Source: Blochmannia endosymbiont of Camponotus modoc
GTDB lineage: Bacteria > Pseudomonadota > Gammaproteobacteria > Enterobacterales > Enterobacteriaceae
Assembly: GCF_023585785.1 (NCBI RefSeq)
Contig: NZ_CP097765.1
Coordinates: 150,001-182,000 of the forward strand
Direction: 5' to 3'
Length of the DNA: 32,000 nucleotides
Shown one piece after another: positions 11,152-21,200 of the stretch. A program made the position numbers and the translations under genes. The notes beneath the pieces were generated by a model. The model was given only the letters and a program-made list of their open reading frames with translations. It was not told where the DNA came from and did no database searches. Positions within the stretch are counted from its first letter, which is position 1. The number at the start of each line of letters is the position of its first letter.

Positions 11152-11832
11152 ATATCTTTATCTTAAGGAGAGCTGGATTTTTGTTTAGATAAAAATTGAT
11201 AACATCAATAATTACCAATATAATTTAAGTATATATTGCGTTTTTGAAGATATTATTGATTTTTTTTATATGCCATAAATTATATTTAGACTATATTTGC
11301 ATGTGAATACTAATATAACTATACACGTTTGTTTATAAATAATATTAAAGTATCAACATACCAGAATGGTATCATATATTTTTTATTTATAAAATAATTT
11401 AATTTTTATTTTTTAAAACATATGTACCTTGTGAGTAATAAATATTTATTATTAAATAGATTTTCAATAATCATTAAGGATTGTATTTGTATATATAATT
11501 AATATTATCAAAAAAGTGTTTAAATTTTTTATTAATTTAAATGATCCTTGATCATTATGATTATTTACTTAATAAAGTAATATGTATACACATAAATATC
11601 TGAATAAATAGTGAAAGTTAAAATATTGGAATTTAAAGAATTAAATAGAAAAAAATTGTGTGTTTTTTAAAAATGTTAAATAAAAAAAAATTTAATAAAT
11701 ATTTAGATAATTCAAAACATTATTTTTCTTGATTAGTAGATAGATGATTACATTTAAGATATGAATTTTAACGTGAATGAAATAAATAAAATTTATGTTT
11801 TCGCAAATAGTTTTTTAAATTTTAATATTTAA

Positions 11833-12450
11833 ATGTATCAGCATAGGTGTTTTAGAGTGTTTGGTATAGTGATGTTGATCTGTGTTTCCTGTGTTTATCA
11901 TCATAATTTTGGTTTGTATGAAGATAAATTGGTATGTATGTGGAATAATCATAAGAAATCAATATCCCGGATATTTTATTATCAAACACAAGGTACTATT
12001 ATTTATTCAGTTAATCACCAAAAGAAGATGCATTTTAGGTTTATTTGGATTCATAATAATGATAATAATTATTGCATGAAATTATTTAATATTTTTGGGT
12101 TAACTATCATTTCTATATCTGTAGAAAATGGAGTTGTTTGTATTTTAAATGGTATAATTTATAAAAATAATGATTTTAAAAATGAAATACAAAAATGGAT
12201 TGTGGATTTCAACTATTTTTTGAAACAATTACAACAATGGATAATTGGATTACCTGGTAGTAATGTAGAATATAATCTGAATACTATCGGCTGCTTATCT
12301 CATGTAAATTGTTGTTATGGCAATAAAAATATATCCATATATTATCGTCATTATTATACTAATAGTATACCAATTTTACCTAAAGTCTTGGATGCGTATT
12401 ATGATCAACATCATATTAAGCTAGTAATTAATAATTGGAATGTACGATGA
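11833..12450 (+). CDS. lolB: Outer-membrane lipoprotein insertion protein, divergent
   Basis: Signal-like N-terminus with a Cys (MLICVSC), YYQTQGTIIYSVNHQKKMHFRFIW, QWIIGLPGSNVEYNLN (cf. QWILGLPGDATDYKLD), C-terminal IKLVINNWNV; positioned between prfA and ispE as in E. coli. Confidence 0.85.
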   Translation: MYQHRCFRVFGIVMLICVSCVYHHNFGLYEDKLVCMWNNHKKSISRIFYYQTQGTIIYSVNHQKKMHFRFIWIHNNDNNYCMKLFNIFGLTIISISVENGVVCILNGIIYKNNDFKNEIQKWIVDFNYFLKQLQQWIIGLPGSNVEYNLNTIGCLSHVNCCYGNKNISIYYRHYYTNSIPILPKVLDAYYDQHHIKLVINNWNVR

Positions 12451-13334
12451 ATTATCAATGGCCCTCTCCAGGAAAACTCAATTTATTTTTATACGTAACT
12501 GGACGTCGTTCAGACGGTTACCATTACTTACAGACATTGTTTCAATTGATTGAGTATGGTGATACGATCAAAATATTTGTCACAAATAATGGTAGAATTA
12601 GATTATTTACTATTATGAATGATTTGGTATGTCGTGATAATTTAATTATACGAGCAGCAAAATTATTACAATATTATTGTTGGCCAAATAAAAAGCCGGT
12701 ATTCGGTGCAGATATTTTTCTTGATAAAGTATTGCCTATCGGCTCTGGTTTAGGAGGCGCTTCTTCTAATGCGGCAACTGTATTAATGGTACTTAATCAA
12801 CAATGGCGATGCTATTTGAACAAACATGTTTTAATGTATTTAGGTTTGATGCTAGGAGCTGATGTGCCAGTTTTTCTGTACGGGCGTTCAGCATTTGCTG
12901 AAGGTATTGGAAATATATTAACACCGGTTTTTGTTCCTAACAAATGGTACCTCATTCTTGTTCCGCCGATTCGAATTAGTACTTCGTGGGGTTTTCAAAT
13001 GTATGAATTAGAGAGTCATTGTTATTCTCCGTTTCGTTCGATGAGAGAGTTATTGTCTGTTTCATTTCATAATGATTTCGAAGAAGTTATAAAAAAAATA
13101 TCTCCTGAAATAAAGATGTTTTTTGCGTGTTTGTCGCAATTCGCATTAGCACGACTGACAGGAACAGGGTCTTGTATTTTTTCTGAATTTAAGACTGAAC
13201 ATCTTGCTTATCAAGTTCAAAGTTATTTACCATCATGGATCAACAGTATTATAACACGAGGAATAAATCTATCTCCATTACATCAAAAATTATTAAAATA
13301 TACTACATATAGTAGTATAATTTTTTTATGTTAA
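12447..13334 (+). CDS. ispE: 4-diphosphocytidyl-2-C-methyl-D-erythritol kinase. The track uses TTG at 12435; ATG at 12447, overlapping the lolB stop as ATGA, is preferred
   Basis: MNYQWPSPGKLNLFLYVTGRRSDGYHYLQTLFQLIEYGD, LPIGSGLGGASSNAATVLMVLN (GHMP motif), GADVPVFLYG, LTGTGSCIFSEF. Confidence 0.95.
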   Translation: MNYQWPSPGKLNLFLYVTGRRSDGYHYLQTLFQLIEYGDTIKIFVTNNGRIRLFTIMNDLVCRDNLIIRAAKLLQYYCWPNKKPVFGADIFLDKVLPIGSGLGGASSNAATVLMVLNQQWRCYLNKHVLMYLGLMLGADVPVFLYGRSAFAEGIGNILTPVFVPNKWYLILVPPIRISTSWGFQMYELESHCYSPFRSMRELLSVSFHNDFEEVIKKISPEIKMFFACLSQFALARLTGTGSCIFSEFKTEHLAYQVQSYLPSWINSIITRGINLSPLHQKLLKYTTYSSIIFLC

Positions 13335-13407
13335 TAAATGCCTTACTATCATCGTCATTATTAATGATATAAATACTTAATAGTATTAGCAAATATAAAA
13401 TTATGAG

Positions 13408-14358
13408 ATGTTTCTAAATATGAAACTGTTTACTGGAAATGCTATTCCAGAATTAGCCCAGCGTATTGCTAATAGATTATATATTAATCTCGGTAAGGCT
13501 TCTGTTGGTCGTTTTAGTGATGGAGAAGTAAGTGTTCAAATTAATGAAAATGTGCGTGGTGGAGATGTGTTTATTATTCAATCGACTTGTGCTCCAACGA
13601 ATGATAATTTAATGGAATTAATTGTTATGGTTGATGCATTAAAACGTGCGTCAGCCGCTAGAATTACTGCTGTAATTCCTTATTTTGGATACGCTCGTCA
13701 AGATCGAAGAGTGCGATCTGCTAGAGTACCTATTACCTCTAGAGTTGTAGCAAATTTTTTATCTAATGTAGGAGTGGATCGTATTTTAACGGTAGATTTA
13801 CATGCCGAACAAATACAAGGATTTTTTGATGTGCCAGTAGATAATGTTTTCGGGAGTCCAATTTTATTGGAAGATATGACGAAACAGAATTTTAATAATC
13901 CTATTGTAGTATCCCCAGATATTGGAGGAGTAATACGTGCTCGTGCTATTGCAAAATTACTTAACGATACTGATATGGCAATTATAGACAAACGAAGGTC
14001 TCGCGCTAATATTTCTCAAGTTATGCATATTATTGGAGATATATGTAATCGTGACTGTATATTGGTAGATGATATGATTGATACCGGAGGAACATTGTGT
14101 AAAGCTGCAGATGTTTTGAAAGAAAGAGGAGCTCGCCGAGTATTTGCGTACACTACCCACCCAATTTTTTCTGGAGATGCTTATGAGAATATTCAAAATT
14201 CTATGATAGATGAAATTATTGTTTGTGACACTATTCCATTAAAACCAAAAATAAAATCTTTATCTAATGTGCGTGTATTAACTTTATCTGGTATGCTTGC
14301 TGAAACAATTCGACGTATTAGCAATGAGGAATCAATTTCTGCTATGTTTGATCATTAA
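13408..14358 (+). CDS. prs: Ribose-phosphate pyrophosphokinase; start may be 13408 or 13420
   Basis: [56 protein letters not shown]...[27 protein letters not shown]...[11 protein letters not shown] (PRPP-binding). Confidence 0.98.
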   Translation: MFLNMKLFTGNAIPELAQRIANRLYINLGKASVGRFSDGEVSVQINENVRGGDVFIIQSTCAPTNDNLMELIVMVDALKRASAARITAVIPYFGYARQDRRVRSARVPITSRVVANFLSNVGVDRILTVDLHAEQIQGFFDVPVDNVFGSPILLEDMTKQNFNNPIVVSPDIGGVIRARAIAKLLNDTDMAIIDKRRSRANISQVMHIIGDICNRDCILVDDMIDTGGTLCKAADVLKERGARRVFAYTTHPIFSGDAYENIQNSMIDEIIVCDTIPLKPKIKSLSNVRVLTLSGMLAETIRRISNEESISAMFDH

Positions 14359-14598
14359 TAAGATTATGTTGTGTATATAAAAATATTAATTTATATACAT
14401 ATTGTATTTTCTTCATGTTAATCGTTTTACTATCATTTTAATGATAGAGGATTTAATATAATACTAAAGTATATATGATGAAAATATCAAATGATTTTTA
14501 ATGTATGTATGTGTGTTCAAGTAAAAATATATTTATAACGTAAATATTGGGGTTAATTACATTTAAATTTATAAAATTGCGTAGTGGTGTATATAATA

Positions 14599-15201
14599 AT
14601 GACTATTAAGCTCATTGCTGGATTAGGAAATTCTGAAACGAGTTATTTTAATACCAGGCATAATTTTGGTTCCAGATATGTTAAATCTTTGGCAACAAGA
14701 TACAAAGTAATACTAAGTAAAAATACTATATTGTGTGGATATGTTGGGCGATTAAAATTAGAAACCAATATTGTGCATTTATTAATACCAGATTCGCATA
14801 TGAACAATAATGGCCTTTCAATATCTAAATGTGTTGATTTTTATCAATTATGTCCACAGGAAATATTGGTTGCACATGATGATCTTGATTTACCACCTGG
14901 TGCAATGCGAATTAAATTAGGTAAAAACGTTAATAACAGTCATCGTGGCGTAAAGGATGTTATTGTTAAACTTCATAATAAATATGATTTTTATCGTTTA
15001 CGTATTGGGATAGGTCATCCTGGTAACAAAAGTAAAGTCATTGATTTTGTGTTAAATAAACCAACTATTTATGAAAAATATAGGATTAACCATGTAATTA
15101 ATGAAGCAATACTACATACTGAAAGTATAGTTAATAAAAAATTTATTAAAGTTATGAATCAACTACATTCCTATAAGCCTGATGTTTTATGGAAATGTTA
15201 A
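14599..15201 (+). CDS. pth: Peptidyl-tRNA hydrolase; the track start (GTG 14584) is probably upstream of the true ATG at 14599
   Basis: MTIKLIAGLGNSETSYFNTRHNFGSRYV, LLIPDSHMNNNGLSI, ILVAHDDLDLPPGAMRIKLG, NSHRGVKDVI, RLRIGIGHPGNKSKVIDFVLNKP. Confidence 0.95.
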   Translation: MTIKLIAGLGNSETSYFNTRHNFGSRYVKSLATRYKVILSKNTILCGYVGRLKLETNIVHLLIPDSHMNNNGLSISKCVDFYQLCPQEILVAHDDLDLPPGAMRIKLGKNVNNSHRGVKDVIVKLHNKYDFYRLRIGIGHPGNKSKVIDFVLNKPTIYEKYRINHVINEAILHTESIVNKKFIKVMNQLHSYKPDVLWKC

Positions 15202-15286
15202 TTTAAAAATGTTTAATTTTAATTATAAAATATTGGTTGCGACAGTAAATTTTAATATATATTTTTGTTGATTGTTAAAAAATTTT

Positions 15287-16363
15287 ATGCAAATTGATTG
15301 TGGTATTATCGGATTACCGAATGTGGGTAAATCTACTGTATTTAGCGTATTGACTAATACACCTGTTAAAATAGCTAATTTCCCATTTTGTACTATTCAT
15401 CCCAATATATCTGTGGTTCAGATACCTGATCTGCGTGTATATCAATTAACAGATATTGTTTCATCACATGAAACAGTACATGGTAAGATTAAATTTGTAG
15501 ATATTGCTGGTTTAATAAAAGGGGCTGCTCAAGGTATTGGTCTAGGCAGTAAAATTTTAAATCATATTCGAACAACAAAAGTATTATGTCATGTGGTACG
15601 TTGTTTTGATGATAACCAAACTGTTCATGTTTTTAATGATATAAATCCTTGTAGAGATGTGGACATTGTTAATACCGAACTTATATTATTTGATATTTCT
15701 CAGTGCGAACAAAGTATTTGCACTTTACAAAAAAAATATAAACTTATTAATGAAAATATTGAACAGCAGCTATTCGTATTAAAAAAATGTTTGGATTATT
15801 TATATGAAGGAATTCTTTTGAGGAGGGTACATTTTTCTAAGACAGAAAGAACGAATATTGAAAAATTTAATTTTTTAACTAACAAACCAATTGTTTATTT
15901 TGCTAATATTGATGAAAAATCTGTTACGAATAATATCTATTTAAATAAATTGCGCGCATTGGCATCTAATGATAACATACCATTAATCTCATGTTGTGCA
16001 ATGTTATCTTTATTAAAAAATAGAGACGATTGTGTTAAAGTAGCTATGAAACAGCAAAAAGACATATTGTATGATATAGTTAGTGTCATTTTTTCTGTGT
16101 TGGATTTACGTACTTTTTTTACCATTAATTCACATATGACACGTGCTTGGATATATGTAGCTGGAATGACTGCATTAGAAGCAGCTAAAAAAGTACATAG
16201 TGATTTTAAAAAGGGTTTTATTCGTGTTCAAATTATTAAGTTCGATGATTTTATTTTTTATTGTGGGGAATTAGGTGTAAAGAAAGTTGGTAGAATATGT
16301 TATGCAGGTAAAGATTATTGTGTGAAGGATGGGGATATATTGAAGTTTTTATTTCAAATTTAG
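15287..16363 (+). CDS. ychF: Redox-regulated ATPase of the YchF/OLA1 family; the track start at 15272 is probably upstream of the ATG at 15287
   Basis: CGIIGLPNVGKSTVFSVLT (P-loop), NFPFCTIHPN, FVDIAGLIKGAAQGIGLGSKIL, RAWIYVAGMTALEAAKKVHSDFKKGFIR, GKDYCVKDGDILKFLF. Confidence 0.94.
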   Translation: MQIDCGIIGLPNVGKSTVFSVLTNTPVKIANFPFCTIHPNISVVQIPDLRVYQLTDIVSSHETVHGKIKFVDIAGLIKGAAQGIGLGSKILNHIRTTKVLCHVVRCFDDNQTVHVFNDINPCRDVDIVNTELILFDISQCEQSICTLQKKYKLINENIEQQLFVLKKCLDYLYEGILLRRVHFSKTERTNIEKFNFLTNKPIVYFANIDEKSVTNNIYLNKLRALASNDNIPLISCCAMLSLLKNRDDCVKVAMKQQKDILYDIVSVIFSVLDLRTFFTINSHMTRAWIYVAGMTALEAAKKVHSDFKKGFIRVQIIKFDDFIFYCGELGVKKVGRICYAGKDYCVKDGDILKFLFQI

Positions 16364-16396
16364 TGTGTTATCTTAAAAAATTTTGGGGGTAGTTAA

Positions 16397-16450
16397 CAAC
16401 AATAGCTCGGACTATTGTTTTTATAAAAACAATAGTCCGAGCTATTGTTG
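16397..16450. terminator. Candidate bidirectional intrinsic terminator in a perfect 54-bp palindrome between convergent ychF and ybhL
   Basis: CAACAATAGCTCGGACTATTGTTTTT AT AAAAACAATAGTCCGAGCTATTGTTG. Each arm contains AACAATAG-CTCGGA-CTATTGTT followed by TTTTT in its own direction. Confidence 0.75.
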
Positions 16451-16470
16451 TTATATGCAGCTATTTATTG

Positions 16471-17181
16471 TTAACGGCGATTTCCAAAAATACGAACTAT
16501 CATTAAAAATAAGTTAATAAAATCTAAATATAAAGTTAACGCTCCTATAATCGAGTATTTACGAAATTGATCATGATTATCTATAGATAAAGATGCTCCT
16601 ATAGATTTGAGTTTTTGAGTATCATACGCAGTTAAACCGACGAATATAATAACGCCAACATATGTAATGAGCCACATTAAAGCTGTATTTTTCAACCATA
16701 AATTAACCATTGAGGCTAGTACTATACCAATTAGTGCCATAAATAATAAATTACCAAAACTGCTTAAATCTCGTTTAGTAGTATATCCATATAATGTCAT
16801 TGCTCCGAACATACCGGACGTCACGACAAACGCGCTAGATATGGACGACGTAGTATACAGTATAAATACACTGGATAAGGTTAAACCTGTTAACATTGAA
16901 TACAACATAAATAAGGTAGTTGCTAAAGAACCACTTAATCGTGTTACCATACCAGACAGAACAAATACTAATGCTAGTTGACCAATAATTAGACTAAAAA
17001 ATATTATTTGGTTAGAAAATAATAATTGAAGTATTGCCGGAGTTCGAGAAGCGTACCAAGCAACAAAAGCTGTCAACAATAATCCGCAAGACATCCACCC
17101 AAATACTTGCAAGATATACGGCTGTATTGCGTTATTGACTTGTTCTGACGCTGTGTTTTGAAAACGGGGAAATTGATCCAT
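16471..17181 (-). CDS. ybhL: Bax inhibitor-1/YccA-family membrane protein; likely start MDQFPRF at 17181 rather than the track start at 17226
   Basis: GWMSCGLLLTAFVAWYAS, GLTLSSVFILYTTSSISSAFVVTSGMFGAMTLYGYTTKRDLSSFGNLLFMALIGIVLASMVN, GVIIFVGLTAYDTQKLK, LYLDFINLFLMIVRIFGNRR closely match E. coli YbhL. Confidence 0.93.
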   Translation of the reverse strand: MDQFPRFQNTASEQVNNAIQPYILQVFGWMSCGLLLTAFVAWYASRTPAILQLLFSNQIIFFSLIIGQLALVFVLSGMVTRLSGSLATTLFMLYSMLTGLTLSSVFILYTTSSISSAFVVTSGMFGAMTLYGYTTKRDLSSFGNLLFMALIGIVLASMVNLWLKNTALMWLITYVGVIIFVGLTAYDTQKLKSIGASLSIDNHDQFRKYSIIGALTLYLDFINLFLMIVRIFGNRR

Positions 17182-17369
17182 ACTTATCACCTTCAAAAAT
17201 AATTGAAATAAAAAATTTACGTACATTATATCGTAAGCAAATCATGTGATCAACAAAATGTTTTATAACATCATTTTAAAAATGAATGTGAAGTTTAAAT
17301 GAACATTAAATAATTGTATATCTTACTTTATCAAAAATAATAACCGAAAATAAATTATTGTTTAAATAA

Positions 17370-18065
17370 TTATTTTAAATAATAATGTTGAATGGGATCT
17401 GCGTTCTTGTCAAATTCATATATTAATGGAACACCTGTTGGCACATTAATGTGAAATATTTCTGATTCATTTAAGCGATTAAGAAACTTTATTATAGCAC
17501 GTATGGAGTTGCCATGGGCAACGATAATAATTGTTTGATCTTTTTTAATATGAGGTATTATGGATCGGTTCCAACAAGGGAGTACTCTTTTTAAGGTTAG
17601 TTCTAAACTTTCACTACTAGGTAATTCATCACTACTGATGTTAGCATAACGATTGTCATTTGTTGCAATAAATTGGTTATTTCCACAAACGTTTGGAGGA
17701 ATAACATTGAAACTGCGGCGCCATTTTTGAATTGTTTTGTAGCCATATTCTTTTATGGCTTCATCTTTATTTAGTCCTTGCAGTGCCCCATAATGACGTT
17801 CATTTAGTCGCCAAGATTTTTCTATCGGTAGCCATGCCTGATCTAACTGATCTAATATGATCCATAAAGTATGAATTGCTCGTTTTAATACTGAAGTATA
17901 TCCATAATTAAAAAGAAATCCATTTTTTTTTAATATTTTACCAGCGCATTGCGCTTCAGAACGTCCTTTTTCTGATAAGTCTACATCAACCCATCCAGTG
18001 AATCGATTTTCTTTGTTCCATTGACTTTCTCCGTGTCTTATTAAAACTAATTTAGTTACATGCAT
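17370..18065 (-). CDS. gpmA: 2,3-bisphosphoglycerate-dependent phosphoglycerate mutase
   Basis: [81 protein letters not shown]. Confidence 0.97.
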   Translation of the reverse strand: MHVTKLVLIRHGESQWNKENRFTGWVDVDLSEKGRSEAQCAGKILKKNGFLFNYGYTSVLKRAIHTLWIILDQLDQAWLPIEKSWRLNERHYGALQGLNKDEAIKEYGYKTIQKWRRSFNVIPPNVCGNNQFIATNDNRYANISSDELPSSESLELTLKRVLPCWNRSIIPHIKKDQTIIIVAHGNSIRAIIKFLNRLNESEIFHINVPTGVPLIYEFDKNADPIQHYYLK

Positions 18066-18338
18066 AATTTGTTCTCTTATTTTTTTGTTTACGAATATAC
18101 GAAGTATATTATATACTGCTTGTTTTCGATTAGCTATTTAATTGTGTGATGCGTAATATCGAAATAAACTTAAACTGTTAATATGTGCATATACAAATAA
18201 TATTTTTATTTTAATGTAGTTGAAAAGTGACAATTTTTATGAATTATATAAAAAATTAAAATAGGTTTGTAGTCCCATACTGAAATACGGTCACATATAA
18301 TATTGTTTTTTATTTATATTTTGATTTATTGTCGTAAA

Positions 18339-19364
18339 ATGAATAAATATATGATACAAATTGTTTATGTAGTGAGCCCGGAAAGTCAGCAAATTCATGT
18401 TTGGAAATTAGATAGTATTCATGGGCTACTAGAATTAATGCAGGTGATATATACTCACGGACATGCACAACCTATGGCTGTGCATCCTAATAAACGATTT
18501 TTATATGTTGGAATACGTCCCAATTTCGGAATTACTACTTATTGTATCAATCAGATGGGGTTATTAACGGATAATGGGACAATTGAGATCCTTAGTAGTC
18601 CCACTCATTTGATTAGCGACAAAAAGGGTACATTTTTGTATTGCACATCTTATAGGAATCACACGGTAAGTGTGATTCCTATAAGTATGTCAGGAATGCT
18701 TCTTAGTAGTCCTATACAAATTATAGAAGGTCTGTTAGGGTGTCATTCTGCAAATATAGATAAATTCAAAACATTACTTTGGGTTCCTTGTCTGCAGGAG
18801 AATGCTATTAGGTTATTTAACATAAATTCGTTTGGAATGTTGACACCATACGATCCATCTATTATTAAAATTAATATTGGTTCTGGTCCACGTCATATGA
18901 CTTTCTATGATTTCGATTGTTACGCATATGTCATTAATGAATTAACGAGTACTGTTGATGTTATAAAATATGATAATTTTCAAAAAAATCCAAGTATCGT
19001 TCAAACAGTAAGTATAATTCCAAAAAATATCAGCATTAACCGATGTTGGGCAGCTGATATACATATTACTCCTAATGGGCGTTGGTTATATTGTTCTGAT
19101 AGATCTAGTAATATTATTAGTTGTTTGGAGATTTCTAAAAAAACAAAAAAATTGAAATTTGTTGGTTATCAACTCACTGAGGAACAGCCGCGTGGTTTTG
19201 CAATTGACTATCAGGGAAAGTTTTTAGTGGCCGCAGGTCAAAAATCAAATTATATCTCTTTATATAAGATTAATTCAGATAATGGAAAATTAACTATGTT
19301 GTCTCGTTATTCATCGGGAAAGGGTCCTATGTGGGTTAGTATTATGGCGTTGAATTGCAAATGA
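18339..19364 (+). CDS. pgl: 6-phosphogluconolactonase, seven-bladed propeller type; start uncertain (18339 or 18351; the track uses 18303)
   Basis: QIVYVVSPESQQIHVWKLD, YVGIRPNFG, SPTHLISDKKGTF, GCHSANID, GSGPRHMTF, WAADIHITPNGRWLYCSDR, EEQPRGFAIDYQGKFLVAAGQKSNYISLY, GKGPMWV match E. coli Pgl (YbhE). Confidence 0.94.
   Translation: MNKYMIQIVYVVSPESQQIHVWKLDSIHGLLELMQVIYTHGHAQPMAVHPNKRFLYVGIRPNFGITTYCINQMGLLTDNGTIEILSSPTHLISDKKGTFLYCTSYRNHTVSVIPISMSGMLLSSPIQIIEGLLGCHSANIDKFKTLLWVPCLQENAIRLFNINSFGMLTPYDPSIIKINIGSGPRHMTFYDFDCYAYVINELTSTVDVIKYDNFQKNPSIVQTVSIIPKNISINRCWAADIHITPNGRWLYCSDRSSNIISCLEISKKTKKLKFVGYQLTEEQPRGFAIDYQGKFLVAAGQKSNYISLYKINSDNGKLTMLSRYSSGKGPMWVSIMALNCK
18649..18685. repeat. 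Perfect inverted repeat, 16-bp stem and 5-nt loop, inside pgl
   Basis: CTTATAGGAATCACAC-GGTAA-GTGTGATTCCTATAAG. Confidence 0.9.
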
Positions 19365-19942
19365 GTATACAATAAGATTATTCATTCTTATATGATGATG
19401 ATCGGGTAAAACATAATTTTTTATAAATATAATTTATATGTACTTATAGATTAATAGTAAATTTATATAAATATATCTGTGTTTTATATATTCGTGTTAA
19501 GAATATAGAAATTATAATCGGATAAAACTACCCGTTTAGGTATGTTGTTGGTAAGTATAAAACAAGGTTTATCATTATAAAATAATACGATTTTAGATTC
19601 TGTCTTATTATAAGTATAATAAAAACACAAAAACTTTTTTATTTTGTTATTTTCCGATGTTTGTTTTATCAGATTGTTAACTGATAATCTTAAAAATTTA
19701 TAATATACTTTTTTAAGTAAAGTGTATAATGGGGAACGTTAAAGACAGATAACGTGAGATAGGATCTTTTTTTAAATTTGTTATGATTGTTTGTGATTAT
19801 TTTTGAATTATATGATTATTTATCATGAATATTCATCTTGAGTAATGAAATCTACAGATTTTAGAAAGATTTTAGATATATTAAATATTTTTTAAACAAA
19901 AAACATTTACTTATTCTAAACATTTTTTAATTTTTTGTGAGT

Positions 19943-19980
19943 AAAACACATACTCATATATCATATGAGTATGTGTTTTT
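19943..19980. terminator. Strong hairpin flanked by A and T runs, terminator-like, in the gap between pgl and cpoB
   Basis: AAAACACATACTCATAT-ATC-ATATGAGTATGTGTTTT-T: 17-bp perfect stem with a 3-nt loop and a T run on the + strand. The A run on the other side gives a shorter T tract for minus-strand transcription. Confidence 0.7.
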
Positions 19981-20404
19981 GTTTAGTATATAAATTAATT
20001 GGTTTGTTTAATATTAAATATGACATTTAATATAATGAGTTAGATTGATTCATTGTATATATGGCAATACACATATTAAATTGTGATATCTATATACATA
20101 GAATTATATTTAGATTGTATTGTTTCTATTAAAAATATCTGTTATCTCCAAATATTTCAATTTTTGTATAGATACTATAAAAGTATTAGTCAAGAATAAA
20201 TAAAATAACATCATTACAATTATAATAGTTGATTGAATTGCTGCAACTTGATAAATAATTGGGATTGCAGTGTATAAGGTTGTTGTTTTTATTATTTTGG
20301 AAGAAAAACTTTGTGTCAACTAGAATTAAAAAATTAAAATAGATTTTATTTGTTTTGTATTTTCCACGAAAGATAAAAAATTTATTTTAAACAATAATTT
20401 ATTA

Positions 20405-21193
20405 CTATGATAGGTGTATTAGACGTTTTTGAGCTTGTTTTGCTGCGTTGCTGTTAGGATATAATTTGCCTACTTGTTTATATATTGTTTTGGCTTTGTC
20501 TTTTTGTTCTGTTTCTTGCATGATAATACCGATTTTTAATAATGCATCTGATGCTTTTAATGATTTAGGATAATTCTTTACGACTAACGCAAAATGCCGA
20601 GCAGCGTCATGTTTGTTGCCTTTATTGTAATAAAGCTGTCCTAGCCAATAATGCGAATTCGATTGGTAGATTGATTCTGGATGATTTTTTATAAAATTCT
20701 GGAAAGCCTCTATTGCTTGATTATATTGTTTTTTTTCTAATACTAATGATACTGCTTGTTTATACGCAGTATCTACATCTATTATCATTTCATTATTCAT
20801 TTTTTTTGGTTTTTGAATGTTTGAGTGACTGGATAATTTATCAGGAATATTGCTAGAATAATGTATATTGTTACGTTTATTTGGAATACTATTGGTATGT
20901 TGAGGTGATGCTGATTGATTATTTACAATTTCTGATATGTGATGTTGCATATCTTGAATATATCCACGTAAAATATCAATATCTCGTTGATTTTCAGATA
21001 ATTGTTGCTGCATTTGAATTAAGCATTGACTATGTGCGTCATATATCTGATGTAATTGATTAATACGCTGATTGCTATCTATCTTATGATTTACATCTTT
21101 AGCATATGCAATATTATTATTTGTAATATTAAAATATATCATCATTACGATGATTATATCTAATTTACATAGAAATAGTATATATTTAATCAT
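20405..21193 (-). CDS. cpoB: Cell division coordinator CpoB (YbgF), periplasmic TPR protein of the Tol-Pal cluster
   Basis: Coiled-coil-like N-terminal part followed by AYKQAVSLVLEKKQYNQAIEAFQNFIKNHPESIYQSNSHYWLGQLYYNKGNKHDAARHFALVVKNYPKSLKASDALLKIG (TPR); located just after pal. Confidence 0.9.
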   Translation of the reverse strand: MIKYILFLCKLDIIIVMMIYFNITNNNIAYAKDVNHKIDSNQRINQLHQIYDAHSQCLIQMQQQLSENQRDIDILRGYIQDMQHHISEIVNNQSASPQHTNSIPNKRNNIHYSSNIPDKLSSHSNIQKPKKMNNEMIIDVDTAYKQAVSLVLEKKQYNQAIEAFQNFIKNHPESIYQSNSHYWLGQLYYNKGNKHDAARHFALVVKNYPKSLKASDALLKIGIIMQETEQKDKAKTIYKQVGKLYPNSNAAKQAQKRLIHLS

Positions 21194-21200
21194 ATGGATA

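Noticed and set aside
11538-11562. Short inverted repeat AATGATC-CTT-GATCATT
   Set aside because: Only a 7-bp AT-rich stem with no T tract; expected by chance in this composition.
11882-12079. 65-aa alternative-frame ORF inside lolB
   Set aside because: Overlaps lolB in another frame, with a low-complexity Ile-rich translation.
13698-14196. Antisense ORFs of 97 aa (13698-13991) and 79 aa (13957-14196) in prs
   Set aside because: Shadow ORFs across highly conserved prs sequence.
15937-16981. Antisense ORFs at 15937-16125 (in ychF) and 16667-16981 (in ybhL)
   Set aside because: Both are inside genes with strong protein-level support and are best explained as non-coding mirror frames.
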